From Pseudomonadota bacterium (GTDB taxonomy: Bacteria > Desulfobacterota > Desulfobacteria > Desulfobacterales > JBDRRP01), in assembly GCA_043825735.1 (NCBI GenBank), contig JBDRRP010000027.1:62001-126000 (forward strand): a DNA stretch of 64,000 bases. The letters are read 5' to 3'. The notes beneath the pieces are model-generated. The model was not told the DNA's origin. It saw only the letters and a program-made list of their open reading frames with translations, and did not search any database. This document shows, piece by piece, positions 20,038 through 29,615 of the stretch (the stretch's first letter is position 1; each line of letters opens with the position of its first letter). Position numbers and translations under genes: made by a program.

Positions 20038-20096
20038 CATCCCGTTTTCATCCGCAGGATCAAGGGGACTGCACGGCCCTGCCATACCCCTCACGG

Positions 20097-20272
20097 CCAG
20101 GCAGGTCTTCTGACTCCCCCGCCCCGTCCGGCGGCCTTCCCATCCGCCGGCAGCGGACAGTGGCGCACAATGGCCGAAGGGGTTCCTCCCCATTGGAAGG
20201 CAGGGTTACAGCGGTGGGCCCGTTCCCGATTCTCACGGGATTCCCTATTGATCTCGTTTCGAGCACCTGGCC
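20097..20272 (-). ncRNA. Cobalamin (AdoCbl) riboswitch
   Basis: Minus strand: CAGGTGC...AATAGGGAATCCCGTGAGAATCGGGAACGGGCCCACCGCTGTAA...GCCACTG...GGGAAGGC...AGTCAGAAGACCTGCC. Confidence 0.93.
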
Positions 20273-20375
20273 GCCACTGTGTAACGACCTCGGCGCTCCG
20301 CTGTCAAGAATTATCGAGAGGAAGCGCCGCGATCATGCCGGGGCTCCGGGTTGCCGGTACTTCCCTGAACCGCCA

Positions 20376-20996
20376 TCACGCATCGTGCATGGTTGACGCA
20401 AGGCACCCGCGGCACACCATTTCGCCGGCCAGCGGCTCGAGTTTGGTCGCCATGGTGGGTTCCCCGCAGCGGGCGCAGGGTGTGGACGGCGCGATGCGGG
20501 CCTTCTCCGGTACCCCGGCGATCACCGGTGTCATGATGAACAGCGCTTTGGCGGGAGTTTCCAGCACTTCTACAGTCCGCTTCATGCCCAGTGCACTGAG
20601 TTCCGCCTTCTCCGCATCCGTGATGCTGCCCTCCCGCATTTTTTTGAACAATGCGATCTGGCGCTCGTTGACGCGGAACGTGTCCGCCCTCATGGCCAGG
20701 CGCACCCCGTGTCCGGTCTTGCGGTCGAAAAAGGTAAACCCCATCTTACCGTAGTCTTTGTAAATGAGGTTTCCCTTACCCAAAGTGCAGCCGGTGAGCA
20801 CCTGAACGGCGTCCACGCAGCAGGCATCGGTTTCCACGATGGCCACCAGTTCTTCGTCCACGGCCCGCTGCTCCCGCAACCACTCCAGACCTGCCCTTGC
20901 CGCCACATAACCGATCGCTAGTCCGCCGCACACGTGGCCGTGAAACGCCTCACACCGTTTGAAATCCGCGCTTTCCAGAATCTGTTGTGCATTCAT
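20376..20996 (-). CDS. FmdE-family protein with a C-terminal C4 zinc finger
   Basis: FHGHVCGGLAIG, ETDACCVDAVQVLTGCTLGKGN, CARCGE...CRGC. Confidence 0.88.
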   Translation of the reverse strand: MNAQQILESADFKRCEAFHGHVCGGLAIGYVAARAGLEWLREQRAVDEELVAIVETDACCVDAVQVLTGCTLGKGNLIYKDYGKMGFTFFDRKTGHGVRLAMRADTFRVNERQIALFKKMREGSITDAEKAELSALGMKRTVEVLETPAKALFIMTPVIAGVPEKARIAPSTPCARCGEPTMATKLEPLAGEMVCRGCLASTMHDA

Positions 20997-21030
20997 GATG
21001 TTTTCCTATCAATGGTCGTTTACTCCTCGA

Positions 21031-22128
21031 TCAGTTTAGAAACGGCGCCTTGTGCCCGATGGGACCGTACACTTTCTGCATGCTTTCGTACACCGGTTTG
21101 CCGACCAGAAAGGTGTAGATCTCATCCGCTTTCAATTGGGGGTCGAGATCTGCAAAGTGTTCTTCGTGAAGAATTTTCCCAATCGCATAGGCGTCGGCCA
21201 GGGCAGTGCCGATGTTGGTCGTGTACCAGTTGAACGGCAGCAGCGTATAGACCTGCCGGTTGGAGAATGCTTTCAAGGCATTGTAAAATTCCGGTTTCCT
21301 GCGATAATCCGCCATCACAAGAATCAATCCGCCGCCATCGATGAATATGGTGTCCGGATTGAGCGTCAACAATGGCTCCTTGTCCATGGAAACATGGCTG
21401 CCGATACTGGCTTTAACGTGCTCGGCCACATTGTCCGCGCCGATCCATTCAAACGGGATATAGCGCTGCTCGGTGCTTTCGATCCCGTGGGCGCCGCGAA
21501 AACCGATGCCACCGACATAGACGGCAGGCCTTGACGTTTCCGATATCCCCTTGGTTCGCGTGCGCATGTCCTCTCGCAGGGATTCGATATAGGTCACAAC
21601 GTCATCGGCGCGCTTCTCTCGGTTTAGGATCCTTCCGGCGATGCGCAGGGCGTCGTAAACCGCTTCATCGAAGGCCGCAAACGCGCCATAACTCAGCACC
21701 ACCACGGGAATGCCCACCGTACGTTGCACTTCATCCGCCAGAGAGGCATCCATGTAGGTGATGAATATGACCTCCGGCTTGACGGCAAGCAGGGCTTCAA
21801 GATCCGGTTTCTTGTTGATGCCGGCAGGCCCCCCCGGTCCGCAGCGGGGCAATTTGGCAAGCTCGGGATGGGCGATCCGGTAAGGTCTTCCGTCGGCGCT
21901 CATTTTTTCCATGTCTTCCACGCCGACGACTTTCGATTGCGCCTGGAGATAAACGATTAACCGCAAAGCACCGGGCCCGAGGCAGACGATCCGATCCGGA
22001 TCGACGGGAGCGCTTACCTGCCGCCCGGCCATATCGGTCACCGTCATCGTCCTGGCGGCGGTGCAGACGGCAGGCAGCCCCCAGATGATGGCAATAATGC
22101 AAAATTTAAAAAACCACTTTGTTTTCAA
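21031..22128 (-). CDS. Metal-chelate ABC transporter substrate-binding protein (class III)
   Basis: Signal peptide, VTDMAGRQV, DRIVC, EALLAVKPEVI motifs. Confidence 0.85.
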   Translation of the reverse strand: MKTKWFFKFCIIAIIWGLPAVCTAARTMTVTDMAGRQVSAPVDPDRIVCLGPGALRLIVYLQAQSKVVGVEDMEKMSADGRPYRIAHPELAKLPRCGPGGPAGINKKPDLEALLAVKPEVIFITYMDASLADEVQRTVGIPVVVLSYGAFAAFDEAVYDALRIAGRILNREKRADDVVTYIESLREDMRTRTKGISETSRPAVYVGGIGFRGAHGIESTEQRYIPFEWIGADNVAEHVKASIGSHVSMDKEPLLTLNPDTIFIDGGGLILVMADYRRKPEFYNALKAFSNRQVYTLLPFNWYTTNIGTALADAYAIGKILHEEHFADLDPQLKADEIYTFLVGKPVYESMQKVYGPIGHKAPFLN

Positions 22129-22143
22129 CCGTTTCTCTCCCCT

Positions 22144-22896
22144 TTACACCGGCACCACGATGGTTTGGCCTTCGAATTCCTTTAGAACCACCTCGACACC
22201 GTAAACCTGATGGATCATCTCGGAGGTAATGCCCTTTCGGGTAGATATCGCATGGATCCTCTGTTCCTTAAGAAAAAGGAACCTGTCGGCAAAGCGTACG
22301 GCGATATTCAGGTCATGGATGGCAACAACCGCAGACAATCCCTGAGTTTCAACGATGCGGCGAATCAGCCCCATCACTTCAAGCTGATTTTTCAGGTCTA
22401 GATTGCTCGTCGGTTCATCCAAAAGCAGAATCGCCGGAGACTGCGCCAACGCCCGGGCAATGATGACTTTCTGGAGCTCGCCGCCGCTCAGATCGCTGAC
22501 CGGTCGCATGGCCAGGTGCGCGATACCGATCTGTGTGATGATATTTTCCACCAGCGCGTAATCATCGCCGGCAAGCGCCCACCGGATGTGCGGTTTGCGG
22601 CCCATGAGTACCGCCTCGAAAACCGTCAGGCGTGTTTCCGGATGGCGCTGCGGCACATACCCCATGTGCCGGGCCACGCTGTTTTGGCTCATGAGGAGCA
22701 GGTTTTTTCCGTCCACCGACACCGATCCGCGCCGGGGCTTGAGAATCCGGTTCAGGCACTTGAGTAAAGTGGACTTTCCCGCACCGTTGACACCCAACAC
22801 ACACATGACCTGCCCCCGGTCCAGGGAAAAATTGACATCCGAGAGCACCGGGTGGCTGTTATAGGAAAATTCGATGTTGGCCACCGTCAGCCTCAT
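22144..22896 (-). CDS. Metal-chelate ABC transporter ATP-binding protein
   Basis: GVNGAGKST, LSGGELQ, LLLDEPT motifs; start MRLTVAN overlaps the permease stop. Confidence 0.9.
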   Translation of the reverse strand: MRLTVANIEFSYNSHPVLSDVNFSLDRGQVMCVLGVNGAGKSTLLKCLNRILKPRRGSVSVDGKNLLLMSQNSVARHMGYVPQRHPETRLTVFEAVLMGRKPHIRWALAGDDYALVENIITQIGIAHLAMRPVSDLSGGELQKVIIARALAQSPAILLLDEPTSNLDLKNQLEVMGLIRRIVETQGLSAVVAIHDLNIAVRFADRFLFLKEQRIHAISTRKGITSEMIHQVYGVEVVLKEFEGQTIVVPV

Positions 22897-23936
22897 CGGT
22901 ACCCCCGGATGAGCAGGTAAAGAAACATCGGGGCCCCCAGAAACGACGTAATGACGCCCACAGGCAGCGCCCCCGATCCGATGAGGATCCGGCCGATGGT
23001 GTCCGCGGTCAGCAGCAACAGTGCGCCCAGCACCGAGGAGAAGGGAATCAGCAGGCGATGGTCGTCGCCCACCAGCCGTCGGGCCATATGCGGCGCGATC
23101 AGACCGATAAAGGCGATGACGCCGTGAAAGGCGGTCACGAGGGCGGATATCAGCGCTGCCGCCACCATGCCGGTCACCCGGATTCTCTCGATATTGACGC
23201 CCAGGCCTTTGGCTGTTTCTTCTCCCGAGGCAAGGGCATTGAGGTCCCACCGGATCGCCATCAAATACACGGTGGCGAGGACGACCACGGCGGCCATCGG
23301 TCCGATTTCCGCCCAGTTGGAACGCGCCACATCGCCGAAAGTCCAGAAAACGACCATGGCCAACTGCGTTTCCGTGGCCAGGTATTGGATCAGAATCGTA
23401 GCCGATACAAACAGTGACGACAACGCTACTCCGGCCAGAATGACTGCCTCGACGGAAAGCCGTTTGAGTCCCGATAAAACCAGAACCACCAGCGTGGCCG
23501 CCATGGCCCCCCCAAAAGCAAAAGCCGTCACCGAGATCATCCCGGCGCCGAAGACGACAATCGCCACGGCGGCGCCGAAGGCGGCCCCCTGGCTGATCCC
23601 CAGGGTGGACGGCGAACCCAGCGGGTTTTTGAGCAGGGATTGAATGCACAGCCCCGAAAGCGAAAGCCCCCAACCGCAGATGACGGCGGCGATCACCCGC
23701 GGCATCCGGATATTGGTGATCACCACGCCCACGGTGCCGTCGGCGTTGCCGGTCAAAGCGCTGAACACACCGCTGAGGGGTATATCGTATGTTCCCCGTG
23801 CAACCGCAACCACGGCGAGCAAAAGCGTCGCGCCGAGCAGCAGAAACAGCAGCAGCAGTTTCTTGTGAATGCGCTCGCGGTAGGCGGTTGTCATCCTGCC
23901 AGGAACCGCGGTTTGCCGGTGTTCGTGACTGATCAT
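22893..23936 (-). CDS. Metal-chelate ABC transporter permease (FecCD family; start uncertain)
   Basis: IRMPRV, KNPLGSPSTLGISQGA, AFIGLIAPH motifs. Confidence 0.9.
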   Translation of the reverse strand: MISHEHRQTAVPGRMTTAYRERIHKKLLLLFLLLGATLLLAVVAVARGTYDIPLSGVFSALTGNADGTVGVVITNIRMPRVIAAVICGWGLSLSGLCIQSLLKNPLGSPSTLGISQGAAFGAAVAIVVFGAGMISVTAFAFGGAMAATLVVLVLSGLKRLSVEAVILAGVALSSLFVSATILIQYLATETQLAMVVFWTFGDVARSNWAEIGPMAAVVVLATVYLMAIRWDLNALASGEETAKGLGVNIERIRVTGMVAAALISALVTAFHGVIAFIGLIAPHMARRLVGDDHRLLIPFSSVLGALLLLTADTIGRILIGSGALPVGVITSFLGAPMFLYLLIRGYR

Positions 23937-24026
23937 TGGTTTCAACTTAGAATGGTTCGGTATTTTGCAATTTTTCCGCTTGCGCCCTCCGCAGCACACT
24001 GCGGGGGGTACAATCGCCGGCTTGTT

Positions 24027-24103
24027 AAAAAAACAAAAGGCCGCGAAGGGGCCTCCTTTTCGGGAAGCACGGACCTTCGTGGCCTCATCGATTTTCGTAA
24101 TCG
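24027..24103 (-). promoter_or_regulatory. Leader attenuator with two ACGAA-loop hairpins, the second overlapping a terminator (copy 1)
   Basis: Minus strand CGATT-ACGAA-AATCG atga GGCC-ACGAA-GGTC ... CCTTCGCGGCC TTTTGTTTTTTT. Confidence 0.65.
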
Positions 24104-24420
24104 CTGCTGGTGCTCAGTAACTAATTGTATTTCCGGGGGGTATTGCCCTGGATGAAACCAGGAGCGGCTCCGGCCGCTGCATATACTGCATTTTTCTATA
24201 CGTCAATCACTGACCGGAATCAAGCGGTTTCGCGGCTGGGATATGTTGCGGTGGCCGGGCAACCACGGCGTGTCAATCCCGCAGCCAATCCCGACCGGCC
24301 TTGGCCGCCGCAGTGCCGACGCCGCACTATGGCATCCGATCGTCGATCTGCGACAGGTTATCGAAATCGCCCCGGCCGAGCCATCGGTGAAGCCCGGGCA
24401 GCCCTGTCGGCGACATGTGC

Positions 24421-25416
24421 TCACCTCACAAGGCCAGCCAGAACGTAAGGATTGCCGCCGGCCTCCGTGAGGCCGTTGTAAAGTGTTTCGGTGAGCGGAA
24501 AGGTCGCGGCCGTGAAAACGAAGGTCTCCGGCTTGTCGAGGTACGCCAGAGCGTCCAGGACCATGGCGGCCTTGGTCGCTCCCTTGGGGGACAGCCGCCG
24601 CAGTGCGTCGAAGTCGAAGCTGAGCGCCACTCCGGTGCCTTTTTTACTCTCCCTGTCCCAGATGAGGAGCATCCCCGCCGGGTTCTTGACGGCCACCGCC
24701 GCCAGCTGCTTTTCCGACAACGGCTTGACCACCATTCCCCGCTTGCCCGGGGTGCAGTCCAGCATCACCTGGAGGGCGTCCTCCTTGCACCACACCGGGC
24801 ATGCGATCATAGTGTAGTGCGCCGTCCCCTTCAGGGGATAGGTATTCAGGATATAGCGGGCCATGAGGTAGCCGGAGGTAAGACCGGGACAGATGTGGTT
24901 GTGCAGCTCCGCGCTCTTGAGAAAATCGTAAGGCGCGCCCTTGGCCCAGGCATTGGCGACGGCCGCCAGGGTAAACAGGTCTTTGCCGGCCACGAGCGCA
25001 CCGGTGCGCTTCCAGAAAGCGGGATCGGCGATAGCCCGGGGGCTCATGTTGACGGATTCGCTGACCGTCGACGGGCCGTCCACGCTGAGGATCACCGCGT
25101 CTCCGGTCGTCTTCGAGAAGAGCATCACCCGCAGCGGGTGGGTCTGGGGGCGCTGAAAGAAGAGCAGGTTGCCCGTGCCCACGGAGCAGCCGGTGAGCGC
25201 CTCCACCACGGCCAGCTCGGGCAGGGCCGAGCGGCCACCCGGCCTGAGGTAAGGGGCGTCGGTCAGCACCAGCAGATCGCCGTCGCCCCTGGCGAGTTTC
25301 AAATCCGCCATCGCATTGGCGACTTCGGTTTCCAGGGACTGTGCACCGGCGGCGGCAGCCAGGCAGAACAAGAGCACCACCGCCAGGGCGGCGCCGACGA
25401 ACCGGTTTTTGATCAT
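24421..25416 (-). CDS. Secreted FmdE-family protein
   Basis: Signal peptide; LTGCSVGTGNL, LHNHICPGLTSG and WCKEDALQVMLDCTPGK motifs; AAAGGAGA RBS. Confidence 0.8.
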   Translation of the reverse strand: MIKNRFVGAALAVVLLFCLAAAAGAQSLETEVANAMADLKLARGDGDLLVLTDAPYLRPGGRSALPELAVVEALTGCSVGTGNLLFFQRPQTHPLRVMLFSKTTGDAVILSVDGPSTVSESVNMSPRAIADPAFWKRTGALVAGKDLFTLAAVANAWAKGAPYDFLKSAELHNHICPGLTSGYLMARYILNTYPLKGTAHYTMIACPVWCKEDALQVMLDCTPGKRGMVVKPLSEKQLAAVAVKNPAGMLLIWDRESKKGTGVALSFDFDALRRLSPKGATKAAMVLDALAYLDKPETFVFTAATFPLTETLYNGLTEAGGNPYVLAGLVR

Positions 25417-25442
25417 GGTTTTCTCCTTTGCAATATTCGGGG

Positions 25443-26033
25443 TCATTGTTTTGCCGCCGGCGATGTGCCGGGCGTTTCCGACGAGTCCTCATCGGATTCC
25501 AGCTCCCGCTGGATCCGGGTCATCCAGCCCGCCACCCGGAGGTCGGCCACCTGCAGGTAAGCCGGTGAATAGGGCTTGATATCGATGACCGGACTGCCGT
25601 CCACCGCCTCCAGCCCCCGCACCGCCAGGATATTTCCGTCACGGGACACCAGCGGCACCGCCGAGACCAGCACCGGGTTGGGCCGGGCCGGGCTGCAGGT
25701 GGCGAAGATGCCTTTCTCCGGCAGGTCCTTTCGCCCCATAGGGTGAACCCGTCGCAGGTCCCGCCGTTCCGGAGGCAGCAGGTGGGGCCAATAAAGGATC
25801 AGAATGTGGGAGAAGTCTTCGATGCCGTCCAGAAGGTCCGCCCACCGGGAAAAGACCTCGATGCGGCTGGTCGCCGCCTTCACGCGGCGGTGATACGAGC
25901 GGATGCGGTTCATCCGCTCGGTCAGGGTGAGACCCGATGCATCCGCTGTCAGCATGGGCGTTGTGATCTCGCTTCTCACGATGCCGACCGGCGTCAGCGT
26001 GATCGGCGCCTCAGGGGTCGTCTCGATGCTCAT
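25443..26033 (-). CDS. TsaA/TrmO (YaeB)-like SAM-binding protein
   Basis: LDGIEDFSHILILYW, GIFATCSPARPNP, GLEAVDGSPVIDIKPY motifs. Confidence 0.88.
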   Translation of the reverse strand: MSIETTPEAPITLTPVGIVRSEITTPMLTADASGLTLTERMNRIRSYHRRVKAATSRIEVFSRWADLLDGIEDFSHILILYWPHLLPPERRDLRRVHPMGRKDLPEKGIFATCSPARPNPVLVSAVPLVSRDGNILAVRGLEAVDGSPVIDIKPYSPAYLQVADLRVAGWMTRIQRELESDEDSSETPGTSPAAKQ

Positions 26034-26047
26034 GTTTGCCTCCCTTC

Positions 26048-28267
26048 TCAGATACCCAGCGATACCGTCAACAGGGCCGTGAAGGGCGCCCCGACATAGT
26101 AGTTGTTGCCGCCCCCGGTGAGCGTGTAATCCCCCGCGGTGACCAGCGACACGTACTCCGTACTGAAAAGATTGGAGAGCTCCAGGGACAACTTGAGCGT
26201 GTCGAGAAAAGCTGGGCGCCTTGAGGGCGTGTAGTCGATCTTGAGGTCGGCCACCGTGTAGGCGTCGACCTCTTCAGTGTTTTCCGAATCCCCGTACCGC
26301 TTGTCCAGGTAGCGGAGCATGGGGATAACGCGAAAATCCCCATACGAGAGGATCAGACCGCTTTTGATCATCCACCGTGGCGTGTCCACCACCTGGTTGC
26401 CCTGGATGTCCATGAGCGCGCCCCCGTAGACCACGTCCTCGTCGTAGGTCAACGAGGTGTATGTGGGATTGACAAAGAACGTGACGTGGTCGCCCAGAAA
26501 GAAGTTCGTCTCCAACTCGATGCCGTAGCCGGTGGCCTTGCCGACGTTCTGATTGTAGTTGACCCCCTTGCCGCCCACCACCACCCGCGGGTCGTAGACG
26601 TTGGTGAGCAGGTTCTGGTGCTTGGCGTAAAATACGGTTGGCATGATCTCCATCAGGTCACTGCGCCAGCGCGCCCCCACCTCCACGCTGTCGGTGATCT
26701 CGCTGCCGTATCCTTCGAACAGGTCGTTGAGCGTCACGCCGGCGGCCTGGAAGGCGGCCCGCTGCTGATTGTAGAGGGTAATCAGGGGCATGTAGGAATA
26801 GGGGCGGATCATGTTGCGCCCGTAGCTCGTATACAGCGAGAACCGCTCGGTCAGGCTGTAATTGAGACCGATGGTGGGCAGCCACTGTTGGTAGACTTTT
26901 TCCTCCCGGTACAGGTCGGGGGCCTTCACTAGGGCGTAGGAGGGCGCCGGAGAAGTGTAGCCCTGGCTGGCCGGGTCTTTATAATAGAAGTATTTCATGC
27001 CGGCCTGCCAGTCGATGCGCCCCGCGCTGCCGGCCAGCTTGAGGTAGGGACTGTGAAGGATGCCGTCGCCATCGTTCTCCGTGTACATGCCGTACCCCTT
27101 GAAGGCGAGGGTCCCGGCGTCGAAGACCTGGGTCACGATCTTCATGTCGTTGGCCTCGTAGCCGTAGCCGAAGGCGGCCGTGCCCCACTGCCAGTCCGAA
27201 TCGACCTGGGAGATGAGCCCGTAGCGCCGGATATCCCGGCTCCGCCGCTGGATCGTCCCCCCCTGGGAAGTGGACCCGCCGAGGATCTCGGTGCCTTCCG
27301 ATGAATAGTAGGGCTTGAAGGTCAGCTTCCAGCCCCCGGAGAGCGTTACCGGGATCACCCCGATGGCGTCCCGGTTCACATAGTCGCCCCGGTTGTACTG
27401 GTAGTAGTAGATGTCCTGCGCCTTCACGCCGGTCAGCGTCTCATTGTAGTCGGTCTTGGTGTTGTCGCCGAGTCGCTGCACCTGCGCGTAGGCAAGGGGA
27501 CGATAGAGGTCCTGCTTAACGTCGTTGTAGTTGAACCAGAACTGGATCTCGTCCTCACCCCGGTATGGCTGGCGGATCATCACGCTGGCGTTGTGGCGCG
27601 GTCCGAGATCGCCGGGGCCCTTCCATTTTTCCGCATCGGTGTAGGACCCGGAGACCGACAGCCGGGTGTTGACGGCCGGCAGCGCGCCGGCGTCCAGCCG
27701 GAGAAACGTCCGAGTGTAACCGTTGGCACCGATGCTCTGGCGGATGTCGGCTGCGGTCTCATCGCCGGGCCACCGCGGCCGGAGTTCCAGGGCGCCGCCG
27801 CGGGCGCCGACACCGGTGCCCAGATCCGCCGGCACGGCCCCTTTGTAGACGGCGATGCTCTCGATATTCTCGGTGTCGTAAATGTACTCCCGGGGCCCCA
27901 TGGGATTGCCCCCCCAGTTGGGCACGCCGGCGACGGTCATGGCGCCGAAATAGCCGCGCACCCCCCGCACCCGGATGTTCTTCTGCTCTGCACCGAGCCC
28001 GTAGGGGTCGATGCTTTCGGCATTGACACCGGGCAGATTGTCGATGGCCTCGTAAACGCTGACCGTGGCTTTGGCCCCCTGGGCGTCCAACCCCTCCCGG
28101 GTGATTTCACTGCCGGTATAGACCGTCTCTCCGGTCTCCTTGGTGGGACGAACGAGCTTCTTTCCCGTGACGACAACGTTGTCCAGCCGTACGACCTTTT
28201 CTTCCGCTCCGGCCGATGGGACGACGGCCAGCAGCAGTGCGATGGACACACACATCGCTCTTATCAT
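26048..28267 (-). CDS. TonB-dependent receptor (probable metal/metallophore uptake)
   Basis: Signal peptide, DNVVVTG TonB box, IRVRG and IESIAVYKG plug, NLF near the C-terminus. Confidence 0.88.
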   Translation of the reverse strand: MIRAMCVSIALLLAVVPSAGAEEKVVRLDNVVVTGKKLVRPTKETGETVYTGSEITREGLDAQGAKATVSVYEAIDNLPGVNAESIDPYGLGAEQKNIRVRGVRGYFGAMTVAGVPNWGGNPMGPREYIYDTENIESIAVYKGAVPADLGTGVGARGGALELRPRWPGDETAADIRQSIGANGYTRTFLRLDAGALPAVNTRLSVSGSYTDAEKWKGPGDLGPRHNASVMIRQPYRGEDEIQFWFNYNDVKQDLYRPLAYAQVQRLGDNTKTDYNETLTGVKAQDIYYYQYNRGDYVNRDAIGVIPVTLSGGWKLTFKPYYSSEGTEILGGSTSQGGTIQRRSRDIRRYGLISQVDSDWQWGTAAFGYGYEANDMKIVTQVFDAGTLAFKGYGMYTENDGDGILHSPYLKLAGSAGRIDWQAGMKYFYYKDPASQGYTSPAPSYALVKAPDLYREEKVYQQWLPTIGLNYSLTERFSLYTSYGRNMIRPYSYMPLITLYNQQRAAFQAAGVTLNDLFEGYGSEITDSVEVGARWRSDLMEIMPTVFYAKHQNLLTNVYDPRVVVGGKGVNYNQNVGKATGYGIELETNFFLGDHVTFFVNPTYTSLTYDEDVVYGGALMDIQGNQVVDTPRWMIKSGLILSYGDFRVIPMLRYLDKRYGDSENTEEVDAYTVADLKIDYTPSRRPAFLDTLKLSLELSNLFSTEYVSLVTAGDYTLTGGGNNYYVGAPFTALLTVSLGI

Positions 28268-28338
28268 TCGACACCTCCCTTTCCGTGTTGACCAGTGCTC
28301 ATCCAGAAATAGTAGATTTTAGTTTTTGATAGACATTG

Positions 28339-28401
28339 AAAACAAAAAGGCCACGACGGTATCATTCCCCCCGATGGAGGGGCGTGAGACCTTCGTGGCC
28401 T
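28339..28401 (-). promoter_or_regulatory. Leader attenuator with an ACGAA-loop hairpin overlapping a terminator (copy 2)
   Basis: Minus strand AGGCC-ACGAA-GGTCT ... ACCGTCGTGGCCT TTTTGTTTT; TTGACT-N17-TAGAAA promoter candidate near 28530-28558. Confidence 0.65.
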
Positions 28402-28643
28402 GGTCGTTCGCAGCACCGGGCGCCCGTGCGCAGCGCCAACGCGATTACTAGCTAAAGCCGATACTTATCGCCTGCAGGATTTACTTCTCTCAACCGGGCA
28501 GCTTCGGCGACCCTAAGAAGAGTTTCGTTTTTCTACTTACTTCTCAAATCAAAGTCAACTGCTTTTGCATATCTTCCCGAAGAATCAATATTCGATGCTG
28601 CACCGATCCGACCTGCTACTTCGTGCATCCGGATGACCGGCTA

Positions 28644-28907
28644 CTAATCGTGCGTGTGATCATGGGGCTGTTTCTCATGCCCCGAATGATCGTGCTTGTG
28701 GGATCCGTGGTCACCGCCGTGATCGTGGTCGTGACCGGGGGTCTCACCGGCCTGGGTGTGCTCGTGCTGGTGTTCATGCCCATGCTCATGGGTGTGGGCG
28801 TGTTCATGCGCATGGCTGTGCTGCTCACTGTCGTGCGCATGCGGGTGCTCATGGGTATGGGTGTGCGCGTGGGCATGCTCATGTTTGTGCTTTTGGTCAC
28901 CGTCCAT
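28644..28907 (-). CDS. Small His-rich metal-binding protein (32 His in 87 aa)
   Basis: (HX)n tracts; GAGGAGG RBS; follows cooT. Confidence 0.82.
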   Translation of the reverse strand: MDGDQKHKHEHAHAHTHTHEHPHAHDSEQHSHAHEHAHTHEHGHEHQHEHTQAGETPGHDHDHGGDHGSHKHDHSGHEKQPHDHTHD

Positions 28908-28956
28908 CTGTCCTCCTCGCTTTAAAGGGTTAATGGCGCATCGCCGCCTTACAGGG

Positions 28957-29154
28957 TTATCGTGCCGGCGATTCGAAAAAAATCTTGTGGTCCACAAGAT
29001 TCATTCCTCGGATCCGGCCGGTGACGGTCCTTTGCTCGCCGAAAATATTCACCAGTAGCCAACCCTCCGCCCCGTCGGGTTCCACGATATCCACCGATTC
29101 CATGAGCAGTTGCTCCTCACCGCCCTTTACCAAGTATGCATTTGCCTCACACAT
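28957..29154 (-). CDS. cooT: CooT-family nickel-binding protein
   Basis: 65 aa; MCEANAY start with Cys2; IFGEQ and NLVDHKI motifs. Confidence 0.85.
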   Translation of the reverse strand: MCEANAYLVKGGEEQLLMESVDIVEPDGAEGWLLVNIFGEQRTVTGRIRGMNLVDHKIFFESPAR

Positions 29155-29575
29155 AGTTGATCACCTCCTTGATTCGTTCCACCGCCGCCTGGACAAGATG
29201 AGGCAGCGGTTCTTTGGTCACCCCCACGATTTCCGATCGCTCCTGGGAAAGGGGCAGCAGGATTTTCAGGGCGCCGCAGGAGGCCACGGCCTCGGCCATC
29301 CGGGGGGTCACCTCACCAAGCATGGCATTGGCCCAGGTGACGGCCACGCTGCCCACGATCACATGGGCGCTCATCGCCGTTCGGCAGACGGCGTTTTCGC
29401 CGGTAGCGCCCTTGTTAGCGCCGGCTTTGAGCATCTGAACCGTGGCGATGGTGTTGGTGCCCAGCGCGATACACTCCAGCCGATCACCGAAGGCCTCCCG
29501 GATATACCTGATCAGGGTCGCACCGATACCCCCGCCCTGGCCGTCGATCACACAAATCGTCTTTGTCACAACCAT
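29147..29575 (-). CDS. DUF3842-family protein
   Basis: ICVIDGQGGGIG, ALGTN.IAT..MLKAGANKGATGENA, GEVTP.MAEAV motifs. Confidence 0.82.
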   Translation of the reverse strand: MVVTKTICVIDGQGGGIGATLIRYIREAFGDRLECIALGTNTIATVQMLKAGANKGATGENAVCRTAMSAHVIVGSVAVTWANAMLGEVTPRMAEAVASCGALKILLPLSQERSEIVGVTKEPLPHLVQAAVERIKEVINYV

Positions 29576-29615
29576 TCCTTCTCCCGGACCATAGGCACCG
29601 CGCGGTGCGTTGTCA

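Noticed and set aside
24097..28448. NikR operator half-sites (GTAATCGC at 24097, GCGATTAC at 28441)
   Set aside because: No convincing correctly spaced inverted partner in either leader; too weak to call.
28623..28925. Hydrophobic 100-aa + strand ORF resembling a membrane protein
   Set aside because: It is the antisense of the His-rich gene (CAT/CAC reverse to ATG/GTG); the minus-strand ORF has the RBS and operon context.
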